NCBI GenBank assembly: GCA_963822965.1
Contig: CAWGJT010000005.1
Location: forward strand, 1,056,001 to 1,120,000
Length of the DNA: 64,000 bases
Direction: 5' to 3'
Source: an uncultured delta proteobacterium
GTDB lineage: Bacteria > Myxococcota_A > UBA9160 > UBA4427
Shown: in pieces, positions 8,751-18,990 of the stretch
Layout of the letters: the number at the start of each line of letters is the position of its first letter
How positions within the stretch are numbered: the first letter of the stretch is position 1
Made by a program: the position numbers and the translations under genes
Notes under the pieces: generated by a model
Told to the model about the DNA's origin: nothing
Databases searched by the model: none
The model's input: only the letters and a program-made list of their open reading frames with translations

Positions 8751-10713
8751 CCGCCGTCCGTCCCTTCGCAGCGCCGCGACCGCGGCGGCGCTCTTCGGGC
8801 TCGCCTTCGCGGTGCGATGCATCCCCTGGCCCCGCGTCCTCGACCCGGCGACGGGCAGCGTCCACCTCGTCGGCACCGACGCCTACTACCACCTGCGCCG
8901 CGTGCTCTTCACTCTCGCGAACTTCCCGCAGAGCCTGACCTTCGATCGCTACATCAACTTTCCCCACGGCGGCGAGCCCATCTGGACGCCGGTCTTCGAC
9001 TGGCTGCTCGCGGTGATAGCCCTTCCGGTCCGCGCGGGAGCCGGCTCCGCGGATGCGACACGCGTGGAAGCGTGGCTCGTCTGGGTGCCGCCGCTGCTCG
9101 GCGCCGGCACGGTGGTCGTCCTGTACTCGCTCGCGCGACGGCTCTTCGACGAGGCCACGGCCGCGGCTTCCGGGGCGATCCTGTGCGTGCTGTCGGCCCA
9201 CTACTGGTACTCGCAGATCGGCTTCGTCGACCACCACGCCGCGGTCGCGTTCCTCTCGGCGTTGCTGCTGGGGGCGGGCATCCGGCTGCTGCTCGCGCTC
9301 GAGAGCGGCCCGGCCCGGGGGCCGGCCGTCGCGACGGGCCTGGCGATGGCGGCGATCGTGCTCGTCTGGCCGGGCGGCGTGCTGCACGTGGGGATCGTCG
9401 AGGGCGCGCTGCTCGCCACCTGGAGCACGCGGCGAAGCCGGGAGGACGCCCGCCGCTTCGCCGAGGCGGCGGCGATCGCCAACGTCGTATCGTTCTGCTG
9501 CGTGGCACCCTTCTGCTTCGGCACCCAATGGTCGGGCTGGAGCGAGTTCAGCCCCGCCGTGCTCTCCCGCTTCCAGCCCTGGCTCTTCGGGGCGTTCGCC
9601 CTTCACGCGGGCGTGTGCGCCGCGAGCTGGCGCACCGACTGGGGCGAGACGACCGGAGGCCGCGCGGCGCAGAGCCTGTTCGCCGGGGTCTCCCTGCTGG
9701 CGATCAGCGTCTCGTTCTTCCCGGTGCTGCTCGTCGGGGCCGTCGACGCGCTGCGCTGGCTCCTGCGCGGCGAGACCTTCCAGTCCGTGGTGGCGGAGTC
9801 GCGGCCCCTCTTCCAGGCGGGCGACCTGTCGGCGCGCATCCCCGACACGACCGTCGCCGAGGCGCGTCTCTCGCTCTTCGTCTACTTCTCGCCGGTGGCG
9901 GCAGCCCTCCTCGCGTGGACGAGCCGCTCCGGGCCGAGTCGTCACGCGAGACGCCTGGTCGTCCTGCAGGTGCTGGTGCTCGGCGGCGTGACGCTGCTGC
10001 AGCGCCGCTTCTTCAACACCTTCTCCGTCGCGCTGGCCCTGCTGATGGGATGGAGCCTGGTGACCTGCTTCCGCATGGCGACCCGGGACGGGGCGGTCGC
10101 GTTTGGCGGCCGCTGGCGCCCCCGTGCCGTGGCCGCCGGGCTCGCGGCCGTCAGCATGTGGCTGCTGCAGCCGGTCCTCGAGTCGTACCGGCTGCCGCTG
10201 CGGAACGTCCACGAAGCGCTCGCCGGCCGGCCGCTCACGCTGCCCTCCGCGATTCTGCGCATGCGGCGCTTCGCCCGGGCCGCCACGTGGATGCGCGAGA
10301 ACACCCCGCCCACCGCCGGCTTCCTCGACGCTGGCGAGGAGCCCGCGTACGGGGTCCTGTCGCTGTGGACCCACGGGCACCTGATCGAGTACATGGCCCG
10401 GCGGCCCAGCATCGCCGACAACTTCGGGGACGACCTGGGCGGCACGAACTTCGACGCCAGCTATCGCTTCTACCAGGCGGAGGAGACCGAGGCCCGGGAG
10501 ATCGCCGCCGCCCTGCGCGTGGGCTACGTGCTGATCCGCACCTCGGAGGGCGGAGAGCGCAACGCCCTGCCCCGGGACTCCATGCGCTACCGGCTCTCCG
10601 GAGCGCCCCGCGAGCTGGAGCGGCTCTCGTGGCTCCGTCTCGTCTACGAAGCCCCGCTGCCGCCGGGCGACCCCAGCCGCATCCGCATCTTCCAGGTGAT
10701 TCCGCCGCCCTGA
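8734..10713 (+). CDS. STT3/AglB/PglB-like oligosaccharyltransferase
   Basis: GTDAYYHLRR, FDRYINFPHG, GFVDHH, about 13 TMs, C-terminal soluble domain with LWTHGH and ADNFG at the WWDYG and DK-motif positions. Confidence 0.8.
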   Translation: MTLSAHRRPSLRSAATAAALFGLAFAVRCIPWPRVLDPATGSVHLVGTDAYYHLRRVLFTLANFPQSLTFDRYINFPHGGEPIWTPVFDWLLAVIALPVRAGAGSADATRVEAWLVWVPPLLGAGTVVVLYSLARRLFDEATAAASGAILCVLSAHYWYSQIGFVDHHAAVAFLSALLLGAGIRLLLALESGPARGPAVATGLAMAAIVLVWPGGVLHVGIVEGALLATWSTRRSREDARRFAEAAAIANVVSFCCVAPFCFGTQWSGWSEFSPAVLSRFQPWLFGAFALHAGVCAASWRTDWGETTGGRAAQSLFAGVSLLAISVSFFPVLLVGAVDALRWLLRGETFQSVVAESRPLFQAGDLSARIPDTTVAEARLSLFVYFSPVAAALLAWTSRSGPSRHARRLVVLQVLVLGGVTLLQRRFFNTFSVALALLMGWSLVTCFRMATRDGAVAFGGRWRPRAVAAGLAAVSMWLLQPVLESYRLPLRNVHEALAGRPLTLPSAILRMRRFARAATWMRENTPPTAGFLDAGEEPAYGVLSLWTHGHLIEYMARRPSIADNFGDDLGGTNFDASYRFYQAEETEAREIAAALRVGYVLIRTSEGGERNALPRDSMRYRLSGAPRELERLSWLRLVYEAPLPPGDPSRIRIFQVIPPP

Positions 10714-10735
10714 GGCGCAGGGACCGTCCGGCGCT

Positions 10736-11839
10736 TCAGCGGAAGTCCGCCAGGCGGACGGGCTGCCGGCGGGCGCCCCAGCTGCCGGGCCGGGCCTCGA
10801 AGACGCCGGGGCACGGGGTCTGGCAGCGACGACAGCGGCCTTTCTCGTCGAGGTTCCAGGCGGTGAGCACGTACCAGTCGCGGCCGATCAGACGCTCGCC
10901 ACAGTGGTGACACCAGGTGCTGCCGCCGTCCTCGTCGTGGACGTTGCCGGTGTAGACGTAGCGGAGCCCGTAGCTGCGGGCGATCTCTCGCGCGCGGGTC
11001 AGGGTGGCCGCGGGCGTCGCCACCTTGTCGCGCATGCGATAGTCCGGATGGAAGGCCGTGAAGTGCCACGGCACCTCGGGGCCGAGCTTGTCGGCCACCC
11101 AGCGGCTCGCGCCGTGAAGCTCCGCGTCGGAATCGTTCTCGCCCGGGATCAGCAGGGTGGTGAGCTCCACCCAGACGTCGGTCTCGCACACCAGCGTCTC
11201 GATGCTCTCGAGCACGGCGCGCAGCTCCGCGGTGCAGAGCTTCTGATAGAAGGTCTCGCTGAAGGCCTTGAGGTCGACGTTGGCCGCGTCGAGGTGTCGT
11301 TGCAGCTCCTGCAACGGCTCCGGCTCGATGTAGCCGGCCGTCACCGCGACCGTGCGAACGCCCCGCTCGTGACAGGCGATCGCCGTATCCACCGCGTATT
11401 CGAGGAAGATCACCGGGTCGTTGTAGGTGAAGGCCACGCTGCGACAGCCGAGGGCCTCGGCGGCGCGCGCGATGCGCTCGGGGGGCGCCTCGTCGGACAG
11501 GGTCTCGATCTCCCGGGACTTGCTGATGTCCCAGTTCTGGCAGAAGCGGCAGGTGAGGTTGCAGCCCGCCGTCCCGAAGGAGAGGACCGGCGTGCCGGGC
11601 AGGAAATGGTTGAGGGGCTTCTTCTCGATGGGGTCGATGCAGTAGCCGCTCGACTTCCCGTAGGTGGTGAGGACGAGGCGGTCGCCCTGCCGGGCGCGGA
11701 CGAAGCAGAGGCCCCGTTGGCCGTCCTTCAGCTCGCAGCGCCGCGGACACACGTCGCAGCGGATGCGGCCGTCTGGGAGCCTCGTCCAGTAGCGGGCCGG
11801 GGCGCCTTCCAACACCTCGGACGTCTCGGATGCGGACAT
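10736..11839 (-). CDS. amrS: AmmeMemoRadiSam system radical SAM enzyme
   Basis: CDVCPRRC...GLCFVR, DPIEKKPLNHFLPG, CNLTCRFCQNWDISK, FTYNDP; AAGGAGG RBS. Confidence 0.93.
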   Translation of the reverse strand: MSASETSEVLEGAPARYWTRLPDGRIRCDVCPRRCELKDGQRGLCFVRARQGDRLVLTTYGKSSGYCIDPIEKKPLNHFLPGTPVLSFGTAGCNLTCRFCQNWDISKSREIETLSDEAPPERIARAAEALGCRSVAFTYNDPVIFLEYAVDTAIACHERGVRTVAVTAGYIEPEPLQELQRHLDAANVDLKAFSETFYQKLCTAELRAVLESIETLVCETDVWVELTTLLIPGENDSDAELHGASRWVADKLGPEVPWHFTAFHPDYRMRDKVATPAATLTRAREIARSYGLRYVYTGNVHDEDGGSTWCHHCGERLIGRDWYVLTAWNLDEKGRCRRCQTPCPGVFEARPGSWGARRQPVRLADFR

Positions 11840-11902
11840 GTCACCTCCTTCGCCCCCGCCGGCCCGTGTCCCGGCCTCTCGAGCCGGCTCGAGAGAGAGC
11901 AG

Positions 11903-11918
11903 AGCAAGGAGCGTGCCG
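11903..11918 (-). promoter_or_regulatory. Sigma54 (-24/-12) promoter of amrS
   Basis: Minus strand CGGCAC-GCTCC-TTGCT matches TGGCAC-N5-TTGCW, 64 bp upstream of the ATG. Confidence 0.75.
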
Positions 11919-12099
11919 CCGGAGAGAGACCCCTCCTACGGGGCTGTCGTTGGATGCCGGAAGCCCCGGCCGGGGCTTCCGGGGACGCCGGCCTGGGACC
12001 AAACGGGGCAAGTCGGCCGCGCCGGCCCGGGGGGCGTCCGTCGAGCAGCCCGACCCGGGATGGGTCGGCTTGCGCTGCGAAAGAATGCCGCGGACTCCG

Positions 12100-13755
12100 C
12101 TAGAGCTCGCGATTCGCGGCCAGGGCCTGCCCCAGCCGCCGCAGCGCCGCCGAGCAGTCCTGGGGATCGACGTGCACCTCGATGAACGCGAGTGTGTCGC
12201 GCTCCCGGCCGGCGCGCTCGAGGGCCGCTTCCAGCTCGCCCTCGGTGCGCACCTCGCAGCTCCAGCCTCCCCCGAAGACCTCGGGCAGCTGGTGGTAGCG
12301 CCAGTTCTGGATGTCGTTGTAGGGGCCGTCGTGGATCACCCGCTCCACCGTGTAGCCGCGGTTGTTCATCAGGAAGATCACCGGGGCGAGCCCCTGGCGG
12401 ATCACCGTCGAGAGCTCCTGGGCGGTCATCTGGAAGGCGCCGTCGCCCACGAAGACGATCGCGCGACGATCCCGGTCCGCCAGGCCCACCCCCAGGGCAC
12501 CCGGCACGGTGAAGCCGATGGAGCAGTAGAAGGCCTGGCAGATGAAGCCCACCCCCTCGTGCATGACCAGGTCGCCCGCGCACAGGAACGAGTCGCCGGC
12601 GTCGGCGAGCACGATGTGGTCGTCCTCGAGAAAGTGGTTCACGCGCTCGTAGAATCGCTCGATGGTGACCGGCTCCGTGGGGCGAGGCTCGAAGCGCTCG
12701 TCGAGGGATCGCGTCGCGGGCCGGAACGAGCCGGCCTCGGGGTGCACGCTTCCGGCGAGCGCCTCGCGCAGACGGTCGATGAAGTCGCCCAGATACACCT
12801 TGTCGAAGTAGTGGCGCTTGATCTGCACCCGGTCCGCGCTCGCGTGAATGAGGCGTCCCAGCTCGATGTGGGCGGTGTAGATGCCGAGGTTGATGTCGCT
12901 CATCCAGGCGCCCAGGCTCAGGACGCAGTCCGCTCCTTCGACAGTCTCCCGCACGTAGTCCTCCGAGAGCGCGCCGGAGTAGACGCCGATGTACTGCGGG
13001 TGCGTCTCCCGGATCACCGACTTGCCCATCAGTGCGGTGGCCATCGGGTAGTGGACCTCGTCGAGGAAGCGCTCGAGCCGTCCCTCCAGGCCGAAGCGGT
13101 GCACCTCCACGCCACCCAGCAGGACGGGACGCTCGGCGGCGCGCAGCATCGCGGCGGCCTCCTCCACGGCCTCGGAGAGCACCTCGGGATCGGTGCGCGG
13201 CGCCAGATCGAGGTCGAGGGGCTTCGGGGCGCGGCAGGGCGAGCCGACGAGGTCGGCCGGCACCTCGATGAACACCGGGCGCCGGTGGCGGATGCAGGCC
13301 GTGATCGCGTCGTCGATCTCCTCGGGCGCGTCCTCGGGGCTCGAGAGACCCACCGAACGCTGGGTGACGTGCTGGAAGACGGCCACCTCGACCCCGTAGT
13401 CTCCCAGGGTGTGGTGGAGCAGGCGCCGCGCGTCCCGGTCGCTGCGGTTCGGCCCGCCGCAGACCGCGATGACCGCCACGCGTTCCGCGTACGCGCCGGC
13501 GATGGCGTTCAGCAGGCTGAAGCCGCCCACCGCATAGGTCACGCAGACGGCGCCCACACCGTTCACCCGCGCGTAGGCGTCGGCCGCGTAGCCCGCATTC
13601 AGCTCGTTGCAGGTGCCGACGAGCTCGAGGGGGCTGTCGACGATCCGATCCATCAGGCCGAGCACGTAGTCGCCGGGCACGCCGAAGACGTGACGGACCC
13701 CGACCTCCCGCAGACGCTCGACCAGGTAGGTTCCCACCGTCCAGCGATCCGTCAT
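12100..13755 (-). CDS. ThDP-dependent alpha-keto acid decarboxylase (pyruvate/indolepyruvate decarboxylase family)
   Basis: FGVPGDY, CNELNAGYAADAYAR, LHHTLG, GDGAFQMTAQE...NNRGY. Confidence 0.93.
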   Translation of the reverse strand: MTDRWTVGTYLVERLREVGVRHVFGVPGDYVLGLMDRIVDSPLELVGTCNELNAGYAADAYARVNGVGAVCVTYAVGGFSLLNAIAGAYAERVAVIAVCGGPNRSDRDARRLLHHTLGDYGVEVAVFQHVTQRSVGLSSPEDAPEEIDDAITACIRHRRPVFIEVPADLVGSPCRAPKPLDLDLAPRTDPEVLSEAVEEAAAMLRAAERPVLLGGVEVHRFGLEGRLERFLDEVHYPMATALMGKSVIRETHPQYIGVYSGALSEDYVRETVEGADCVLSLGAWMSDINLGIYTAHIELGRLIHASADRVQIKRHYFDKVYLGDFIDRLREALAGSVHPEAGSFRPATRSLDERFEPRPTEPVTIERFYERVNHFLEDDHIVLADAGDSFLCAGDLVMHEGVGFICQAFYCSIGFTVPGALGVGLADRDRRAIVFVGDGAFQMTAQELSTVIRQGLAPVIFLMNNRGYTVERVIHDGPYNDIQNWRYHQLPEVFGGGWSCEVRTEGELEAALERAGRERDTLAFIEVHVDPQDCSAALRRLGQALAANREL

Positions 13756-13822
13756 GGCGCGTGAACGTAGCAGCACCGCCCACCGGCTCCGATCGTCGCC
13801 GGGGATCCGGAAACCGGCCGGC

Positions 13823-15814
13823 TCAGGGAAGCCGGAAGGCCACGAGGGCGTCTCCCAGGTGCGTGCCCGCCCGCGAGTGGCCACCCGCGGCCACCACCAC
13901 GTACTGGGCGCCGCCCTTGCGCGCGCGGTACGTCATCGGCGTGGCCTGACCGCCGGCGGGCAGCCTTCCGCGCCACAGCTCCTCGCCGCTCCGCACGTCG
14001 AAGGCGCGCAGGTAGTCGTCCATCGTGGCGGCGAAGAAGACGAGACCGCCGCCCGTGACGAGGGGGCCGCCGAGGGAGGGAACCCCCGGCTCCCACGGCA
14101 GGGGAACAGGCGCGATATCGCGCACGGATCCCGGCGTCACCTGCCAGGCGATGTCGCCGGTCTCGAGATCGATGGCCGTCAGGTGGCCCCAGGGCGGGGG
14201 CGAGCAGGGAAGTCCCAGGGGCGACAGGAGCGCCTCGCGCCGCAGCCCGTAGGGGGTGCCCCGCTGCGGCGCGATCTCGACGCCCGGGCTCGCGGCGCGG
14301 CGCGCCTCGTACTCCTCGGCCGGAAAGAGCGTCACGACGAACGGGATGTTGGAGGTGTTCACCACCAGCAGCTGCCGCTCGGGATCCACCGCGAGCCCGC
14401 CCCAGTTGGTGCCGCCGGCGTTGCCCGGATAGGCGATGGTGCCCTGCAGGCTCGGCGGCGTGAAGATGCCCTCGAAGCGGAGGGCCTCGACGCGCCGGCG
14501 GCACCAGCCGCGGTCCCAGAACGTGAGCCCCCACGCGTCGTCGGGCGTGAGCGTGCGACCGCCCAGGGGCGGGGGCTTCACCGGGAAGGGCTGGGTGGGC
14601 GAGAGCACCTCCCCCGGCACCCCGCCCTGGGGTACCGGCCGCTCCTCGACGGGGAAGAGCGGCAGGCCCGTGTCCCGGTCGAGGACGAAGACGTGGCCCA
14701 TCTTGGTCGGCTGCAGCACCGCATCCACGTCGCCGTCCGGTCGGTGCAGGGTGGCGAGGGTCGGCTGCGCGGGAACGTCGTAGTCCCACAGGTCGTGGTG
14801 CACCGTCTGGTAGTGCCAGGCGACGGTGCCGGTCTCGCCGCGCAGCGCCACGACCGAGCTCGCGTAGTAGTCGACGCCGTCGCGGAGGCCACCGTAGTAG
14901 TCGGGCGCCGTATTGCCCGTGGGCGCGAAGACGAGATCCCGGGCCTCGTCCACCGACATGGGCGCCCAGACGTTGGCGGTCCCGAGCGCCCAGGCGACGC
15001 CCTGGCGCCGATCCATCTCCCGCGGCGCGAAGCCCGGCGGGAGGGGATTCCAGGCCCACAGCAGCACACCCGTGCGCGCGTCGTAGGCGCGGACGACCCC
15101 GCTCGGGGCGTCCACCCGCCCGTTGTCGGAGACCGCCGAGCCCACGATCACCCGGCCGTGGAGGATCGCCGGCGGCGAGGTCATCTGGTACTCGCCCTTC
15201 CAGCGCCGCTCGCCCACCCCCAGCGTGAGATCGACCTCGCCGGGTGTTCCCTCGTGCGCGCCGAAGTCCGGGCAGCGCGCGCCGGTGCGCGCGTCCAGGG
15301 CGATCAAGCGCGCGTCGGCGGTGCTGGTGAAGATGCGGTGCGCGCAGACCGCGTCCGCGGCGCGTGCGGGGTCGCGCCAGCTCGAGACGCCCCGGCAGAC
15401 GAGCTGGTTCGCATAGCGGCCGCCGAGATCGATCTCGGGATCGAAGACCCAGCGCTCTTCTCCGGTCTCCGGATCGAGGGCGAACACCCGGTTGAAGGGC
15501 GTGCAGCCGAAGAGGGTGCCGTCCACCAGGATCGGCGTCAGCTCGTAGGCGCTCTCTCCGTGCTCGAGGCGGTCGTCCGCCACGTCCCCCGAGTGGTGGA
15601 CCCAGGCCACCTCGAGCGAGGCGACGTTGGCCGGGGTCACGTCGGCCAGGGGCGAGTAGCGCAGCCCGCCCCGATCGCCCCCGTAGTCGACCCAGTCGGC
15701 CGCCGCCGCATCCGCGGCGGGCTCGTAGTGCCGCGCCTGACAGGCGAGGAGCAGCAGCGCGGCGAGCAGGCAGCCCAGCGAGCGCAGGCCCGCACCGGAT
15801 GCGGGCGGGATCAT
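13823..15814 (-). CDS. PQQ-dependent glucose/quinate/shikimate dehydrogenase family (lipoprotein-like)
   Basis: Lipobox-like LLACQ; YSPLADVT, CRGVS, WHYQTVHHDLWDYD, PPWG, ATPMTY. Confidence 0.92.
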   Translation of the reverse strand: MIPPASGAGLRSLGCLLAALLLLACQARHYEPAADAAAADWVDYGGDRGGLRYSPLADVTPANVASLEVAWVHHSGDVADDRLEHGESAYELTPILVDGTLFGCTPFNRVFALDPETGEERWVFDPEIDLGGRYANQLVCRGVSSWRDPARAADAVCAHRIFTSTADARLIALDARTGARCPDFGAHEGTPGEVDLTLGVGERRWKGEYQMTSPPAILHGRVIVGSAVSDNGRVDAPSGVVRAYDARTGVLLWAWNPLPPGFAPREMDRRQGVAWALGTANVWAPMSVDEARDLVFAPTGNTAPDYYGGLRDGVDYYASSVVALRGETGTVAWHYQTVHHDLWDYDVPAQPTLATLHRPDGDVDAVLQPTKMGHVFVLDRDTGLPLFPVEERPVPQGGVPGEVLSPTQPFPVKPPPLGGRTLTPDDAWGLTFWDRGWCRRRVEALRFEGIFTPPSLQGTIAYPGNAGGTNWGGLAVDPERQLLVVNTSNIPFVVTLFPAEEYEARRAASPGVEIAPQRGTPYGLRREALLSPLGLPCSPPPWGHLTAIDLETGDIAWQVTPGSVRDIAPVPLPWEPGVPSLGGPLVTGGGLVFFAATMDDYLRAFDVRSGEELWRGRLPAGGQATPMTYRARKGGAQYVVVAAGGHSRAGTHLGDALVAFRLP

Positions 15815-16296
15815 CGGGTCGTCCCGGAACTCATCCCCTCGACGTCCATCGTCAGGTGCTGGCTCAGGTCGCCGAACTGGTCGAGGACCATCTGGCGCGA
15901 CGCGAAGCGCCAACGACCGTCGACGCGCTGGAAGCGGTCCCGGTAGCGGCCCGTGATGATGATCTGCAGGGGCAGCTTCGGCGTCTGCTGCATCACCGTG
16001 AAGTAGCTGCGGCAGGTGGCCTGGCCCGCGGCTTCGTCCACCTCGACGATGGGGTTCGTGACCACGTGCTTGGTCTTGGGGGTGCCGTCGTCCTCGTAGC
16101 GGCGGGTCGTGGTCTCGTAGAGACGCTGCACGGCTTCGCGTCCGCGCGTGGTGGCGTCCGTTCCCAGGACGCTGATCTCCGCGTCGGCGAACAGGTCGGC
16201 CACGCCCGCGAAGTCGCCCGCGTCGATGCGCTCGGCATAGCGGTAGAGAAGATTCTCGATCTCGCCCCGTGCGTTCGCAGCCGTCGTCCCGCCCAC
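15811..16296 (-). CDS. SnoaL-like/NTF2 family protein
   Basis: IENLLYRYAERIDAGDF, TKHVVTN, GRYRDRF...WRF; start estimated. Confidence 0.85.
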   Translation of the reverse strand: MGGTTAANARGEIENLLYRYAERIDAGDFAGVADLFADAEISVLGTDATTRGREAVQRLYETTTRRYEDDGTPKTKHVVTNPIVEVDEAAGQATCRSYFTVMQQTPKLPLQIIITGRYRDRFQRVDGRWRFASRQMVLDQFGDLSQHLTMDVEGMSSGTTR

Positions 16297-16379
16297 CACG
16301 ACCCTCCCTGATGCGGAGCCCGCTCGCGATTCGCCGCGCTCGCGCGACCGCAGTCGGCATCCGAGAGGCGGATTCGAAA

Positions 16380-16577
16380 CTACTCGATGTCGGCTTCCTC
16401 CGCCTCCGACTCCTCCACGGGGGGGTGGCCTCGGATGCCGCTCGCCACCCAGAAGCCCAGCACCCAGGCGACCATGCAGAGGAAGATCTCGCGGGACGAG
16501 TGGGGCTGCGCGATCAACCACCAGCCGAACCCCAGGGAAGCGAGCCCCGCCAGCAGACCGAGCACACGCGGCTTCAA
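16380..16577 (-). CDS. Small 2-TM membrane protein, hypothetical
   Basis: 65 aa, two hydrophobic segments and an acidic tail; co-oriented with neighbours. Confidence 0.55.
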   Translation of the reverse strand: MKPRVLGLLAGLASLGFGWWLIAQPHSSREIFLCMVAWVLGFWVASGIRGHPPVEESEAEEADIE

Positions 16578-16605
16578 GACGGAACCCGCGACGCGGGCGC
16601 GCGCA

Positions 16606-17322
16606 TCACCGCCCGTGCCGCGCCAGCAGCACCGGCTTCAGGATGCTCGCCCACAACGCGTAGCCCTCGGTGTTGAGGTGCAGCCCGTCGAAGGAGAAGA
16701 GCTCTCCCCGCGGCGTGCCCCGCTCGCCCAGCATCGGCGTGGCGACGTCCACGTACTCCACCGCGTCCGTCGCCTCCGCAAAGGCCCGGATGCGCGCATT
16801 GGCGTCGCGCATCTCCGGCCAGCGGTCCCACCGCAGGATCGACGGCTTGATCGACAGGAAGTAGACCGGCACCTCGGGCCAGGCGCCGTGCACGATGCCC
16901 ACGAAGCGCTCGAAATCGGCCGTCACCGATTCCGGGGTCTTGCCCGTACCCTCGCTGAGATCGTTGTCCCCGGCATAGAGGACGACGGCGCTCGGCCGGT
17001 AGGGCAGCACGATGCGCGGCGCGAAGTGGTTGACGTGGTCGATGTGCGAGCCGCCGAAGCCCCGGTTCAGCACCCGCAGCGGCTGCATGTCCTCGGCGAG
17101 GCTCGACCACATCCGGATGCTCGAGCTGCCGGTGAACAGGATCATGCCCGGCTCGGGCGGGCTCGCATGGTCCTGCTCCTCGAAGTCGGCGATCGCCGAC
17201 TCCCAGAAGCTCGGCTTCTGCATGGCGTCTCGGAGCGAGCCCCAGACGCCGACCCCCACCGTCGCGAGCAGCAACACCGCTGCGACGATCCAGATCCAGG
17301 AGCGCTTCAGCCAGTCGGACAC
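16606..17322 (-). CDS. GDSL/SGNH hydrolase
   Basis: FTGSSSI, NRGFGGS, YAGDND, DGLHLN blocks; N-terminal TM. Confidence 0.9.
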   Translation of the reverse strand: MSDWLKRSWIWIVAAVLLLATVGVGVWGSLRDAMQKPSFWESAIADFEEQDHASPPEPGMILFTGSSSIRMWSSLAEDMQPLRVLNRGFGGSHIDHVNHFAPRIVLPYRPSAVVLYAGDNDLSEGTGKTPESVTADFERFVGIVHGAWPEVPVYFLSIKPSILRWDRWPEMRDANARIRAFAEATDAVEYVDVATPMLGERGTPRGELFSFDGLHLNTEGYALWASILKPVLLARHGR

Positions 17323-17342
17323 GCCGGGTACTCTACCAGCCC

Positions 17343-18947
17343 ATGGCCGCCCCCAGCGATGCTTCCGCCCCCGATTTCGAGGCCCGTCCCACGGCGCTGC
17401 TCGGCGAGCGGGCGCGGCGACACCTTTCGTGGACGGCGGCCGGGCTTGCGTTCGCGACGATGGCGGGGCTCGGCGGCCTGCAGCTCGCGAAGGACGGCTC
17501 CTTCTGGATCGACGAGGCGTCGGTCGCGGCGAGCCTGACGGCCCTCACTCCTTCCCAGCTGCTGGGTCCGCTCGTCGGCGGCCAGAGCTATCCACGCTTC
17601 CAGCTGCTGGCGATCCGGGGACTGGTGGCGCTCTTCGGGTACGAGACCCTCGTGGTGCGGGCGCTCCCCTATCTCTTCTTCCTGGCCGGCAGCCTCGCGT
17701 GGCTGCGCCTGCTGCTGGCGCGCTTTCGCGACGAGCCGGCGCTGTTGGCCCTGGGCGGGCTGCTGCTGCTGATTCCCGCACCGTGGTTCGTGTACGGGGC
17801 GATGCTCAAGCCCTACACGTTCGACGTGCTGGCCGCAACGGTTCCGTTCCTGCTGCGCGATCGCTTCTACGACGAGGTTCTCGCCCGGGCGAAGCGACCG
17901 TGGCGTGGAGTCGCTCTCGCGGGCCTGGGCGCCCTCTCGTACCCGTTCGCGATGGCGCTGCTGGCGCGGGTGGGTGGCTGGTGGCTGTGGCGCGCGACCG
18001 CCGGCCACCGGCGCGTGGCGACGGCGGGCGCCCTGCCCTGCGCGCTCGCCGCGGGCGTCTTCGGCATCGGCCTGTGGTACACGGACCTGCGTCACACGAG
18101 CGACCTGGGCGGCGCGCTGCGGGCCTTCTGGAGCGCCTGTATCGTGGGCGCCGGGACGCCCCTGCCGGCCCTGCTCGATCGCTTCGCGTTCGGGTGGTGG
18201 GACGGCCGCTGCGAGTTCTCCCACCACGGGGGGCTGGCTCCGGCCCTGCTCGTGATGCTGCGCCTCGCCGGCGCGGCCGGCCTGCTGCGCGTGCTCCTCG
18301 ACCTCCGCCCCCGCGCCCGGGCCACCCGAGCCGAGAGCGCCGACGCCGCGCGGTGGGGAAGCCGCTCCCTCGCCTGCGCGCTCCTGCTGCTCGGGCTCCC
18401 CGTGGCCTCGTGGGCATTCGGCTATCCCATCTGCGCCGGACGGCTCACCCTGATTGCGCTGCTGCCGCTGCTGATCGTCCTGCTGGAAGGCTTCGACCTC
18501 GTCGGCGTGTGGCTGCGCGGGCTGCCCGACGGACGCTGGCTCGCGGCCACGGCGGGTGCCGCCGCCCTGCTCGCCGTGGCTCCGGCGAGCCTCCGGGACG
18601 CACACCGGCTGGCCGTCGCAGAGGCCCCGGGCAACCTGCGCGGGCTGCTCGCGCGCACGCGGGAGCGCCCGCAGCTGCCGATCCTCACGACCCGCTGCAC
18701 CCGCAAGCAGCTCGAGACCCTGCCCGAAGGCGTCGAGGCGACGGTCCTCTATCTCGAGCAGGGGGGAGCCGCCGTCGCAGCGGCGCGCGAGCCGCACGAG
18801 GCCTGGCTGCTCTACGCCCCGTCCTCCCTGTGCCGCGGCCAGGTGAGACGCGCTCGCCGGTCGGCGGAGACGTGGAAGGCCTTCCATACCGAGACGGACG
18901 ACGCCTGGCTCCTGTGGCTGCGCTTCTCTCGAGAGGCGGCGCCGTGA
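17343..18947 (+). CDS. GT-C fold membrane glycosyltransferase-like protein (ArnT/PMT family)
   Basis: SFWIDEA acidic motif after TM1, LKPY motif, many TMs. Confidence 0.6.
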   Translation: MAAPSDASAPDFEARPTALLGERARRHLSWTAAGLAFATMAGLGGLQLAKDGSFWIDEASVAASLTALTPSQLLGPLVGGQSYPRFQLLAIRGLVALFGYETLVVRALPYLFFLAGSLAWLRLLLARFRDEPALLALGGLLLLIPAPWFVYGAMLKPYTFDVLAATVPFLLRDRFYDEVLARAKRPWRGVALAGLGALSYPFAMALLARVGGWWLWRATAGHRRVATAGALPCALAAGVFGIGLWYTDLRHTSDLGGALRAFWSACIVGAGTPLPALLDRFAFGWWDGRCEFSHHGGLAPALLVMLRLAGAAGLLRVLLDLRPRARATRAESADAARWGSRSLACALLLLGLPVASWAFGYPICAGRLTLIALLPLLIVLLEGFDLVGVWLRGLPDGRWLAATAGAAALLAVAPASLRDAHRLAVAEAPGNLRGLLARTRERPQLPILTTRCTRKQLETLPEGVEATVLYLEQGGAAVAAAREPHEAWLLYAPSSLCRGQVRRARRSAETWKAFHTETDDAWLLWLRFSREAAP

Positions 18948-18990
18948 CCCCCCGATGCGGCCGTCCTTCCCACCCGGGCCCGGGTGGGGC

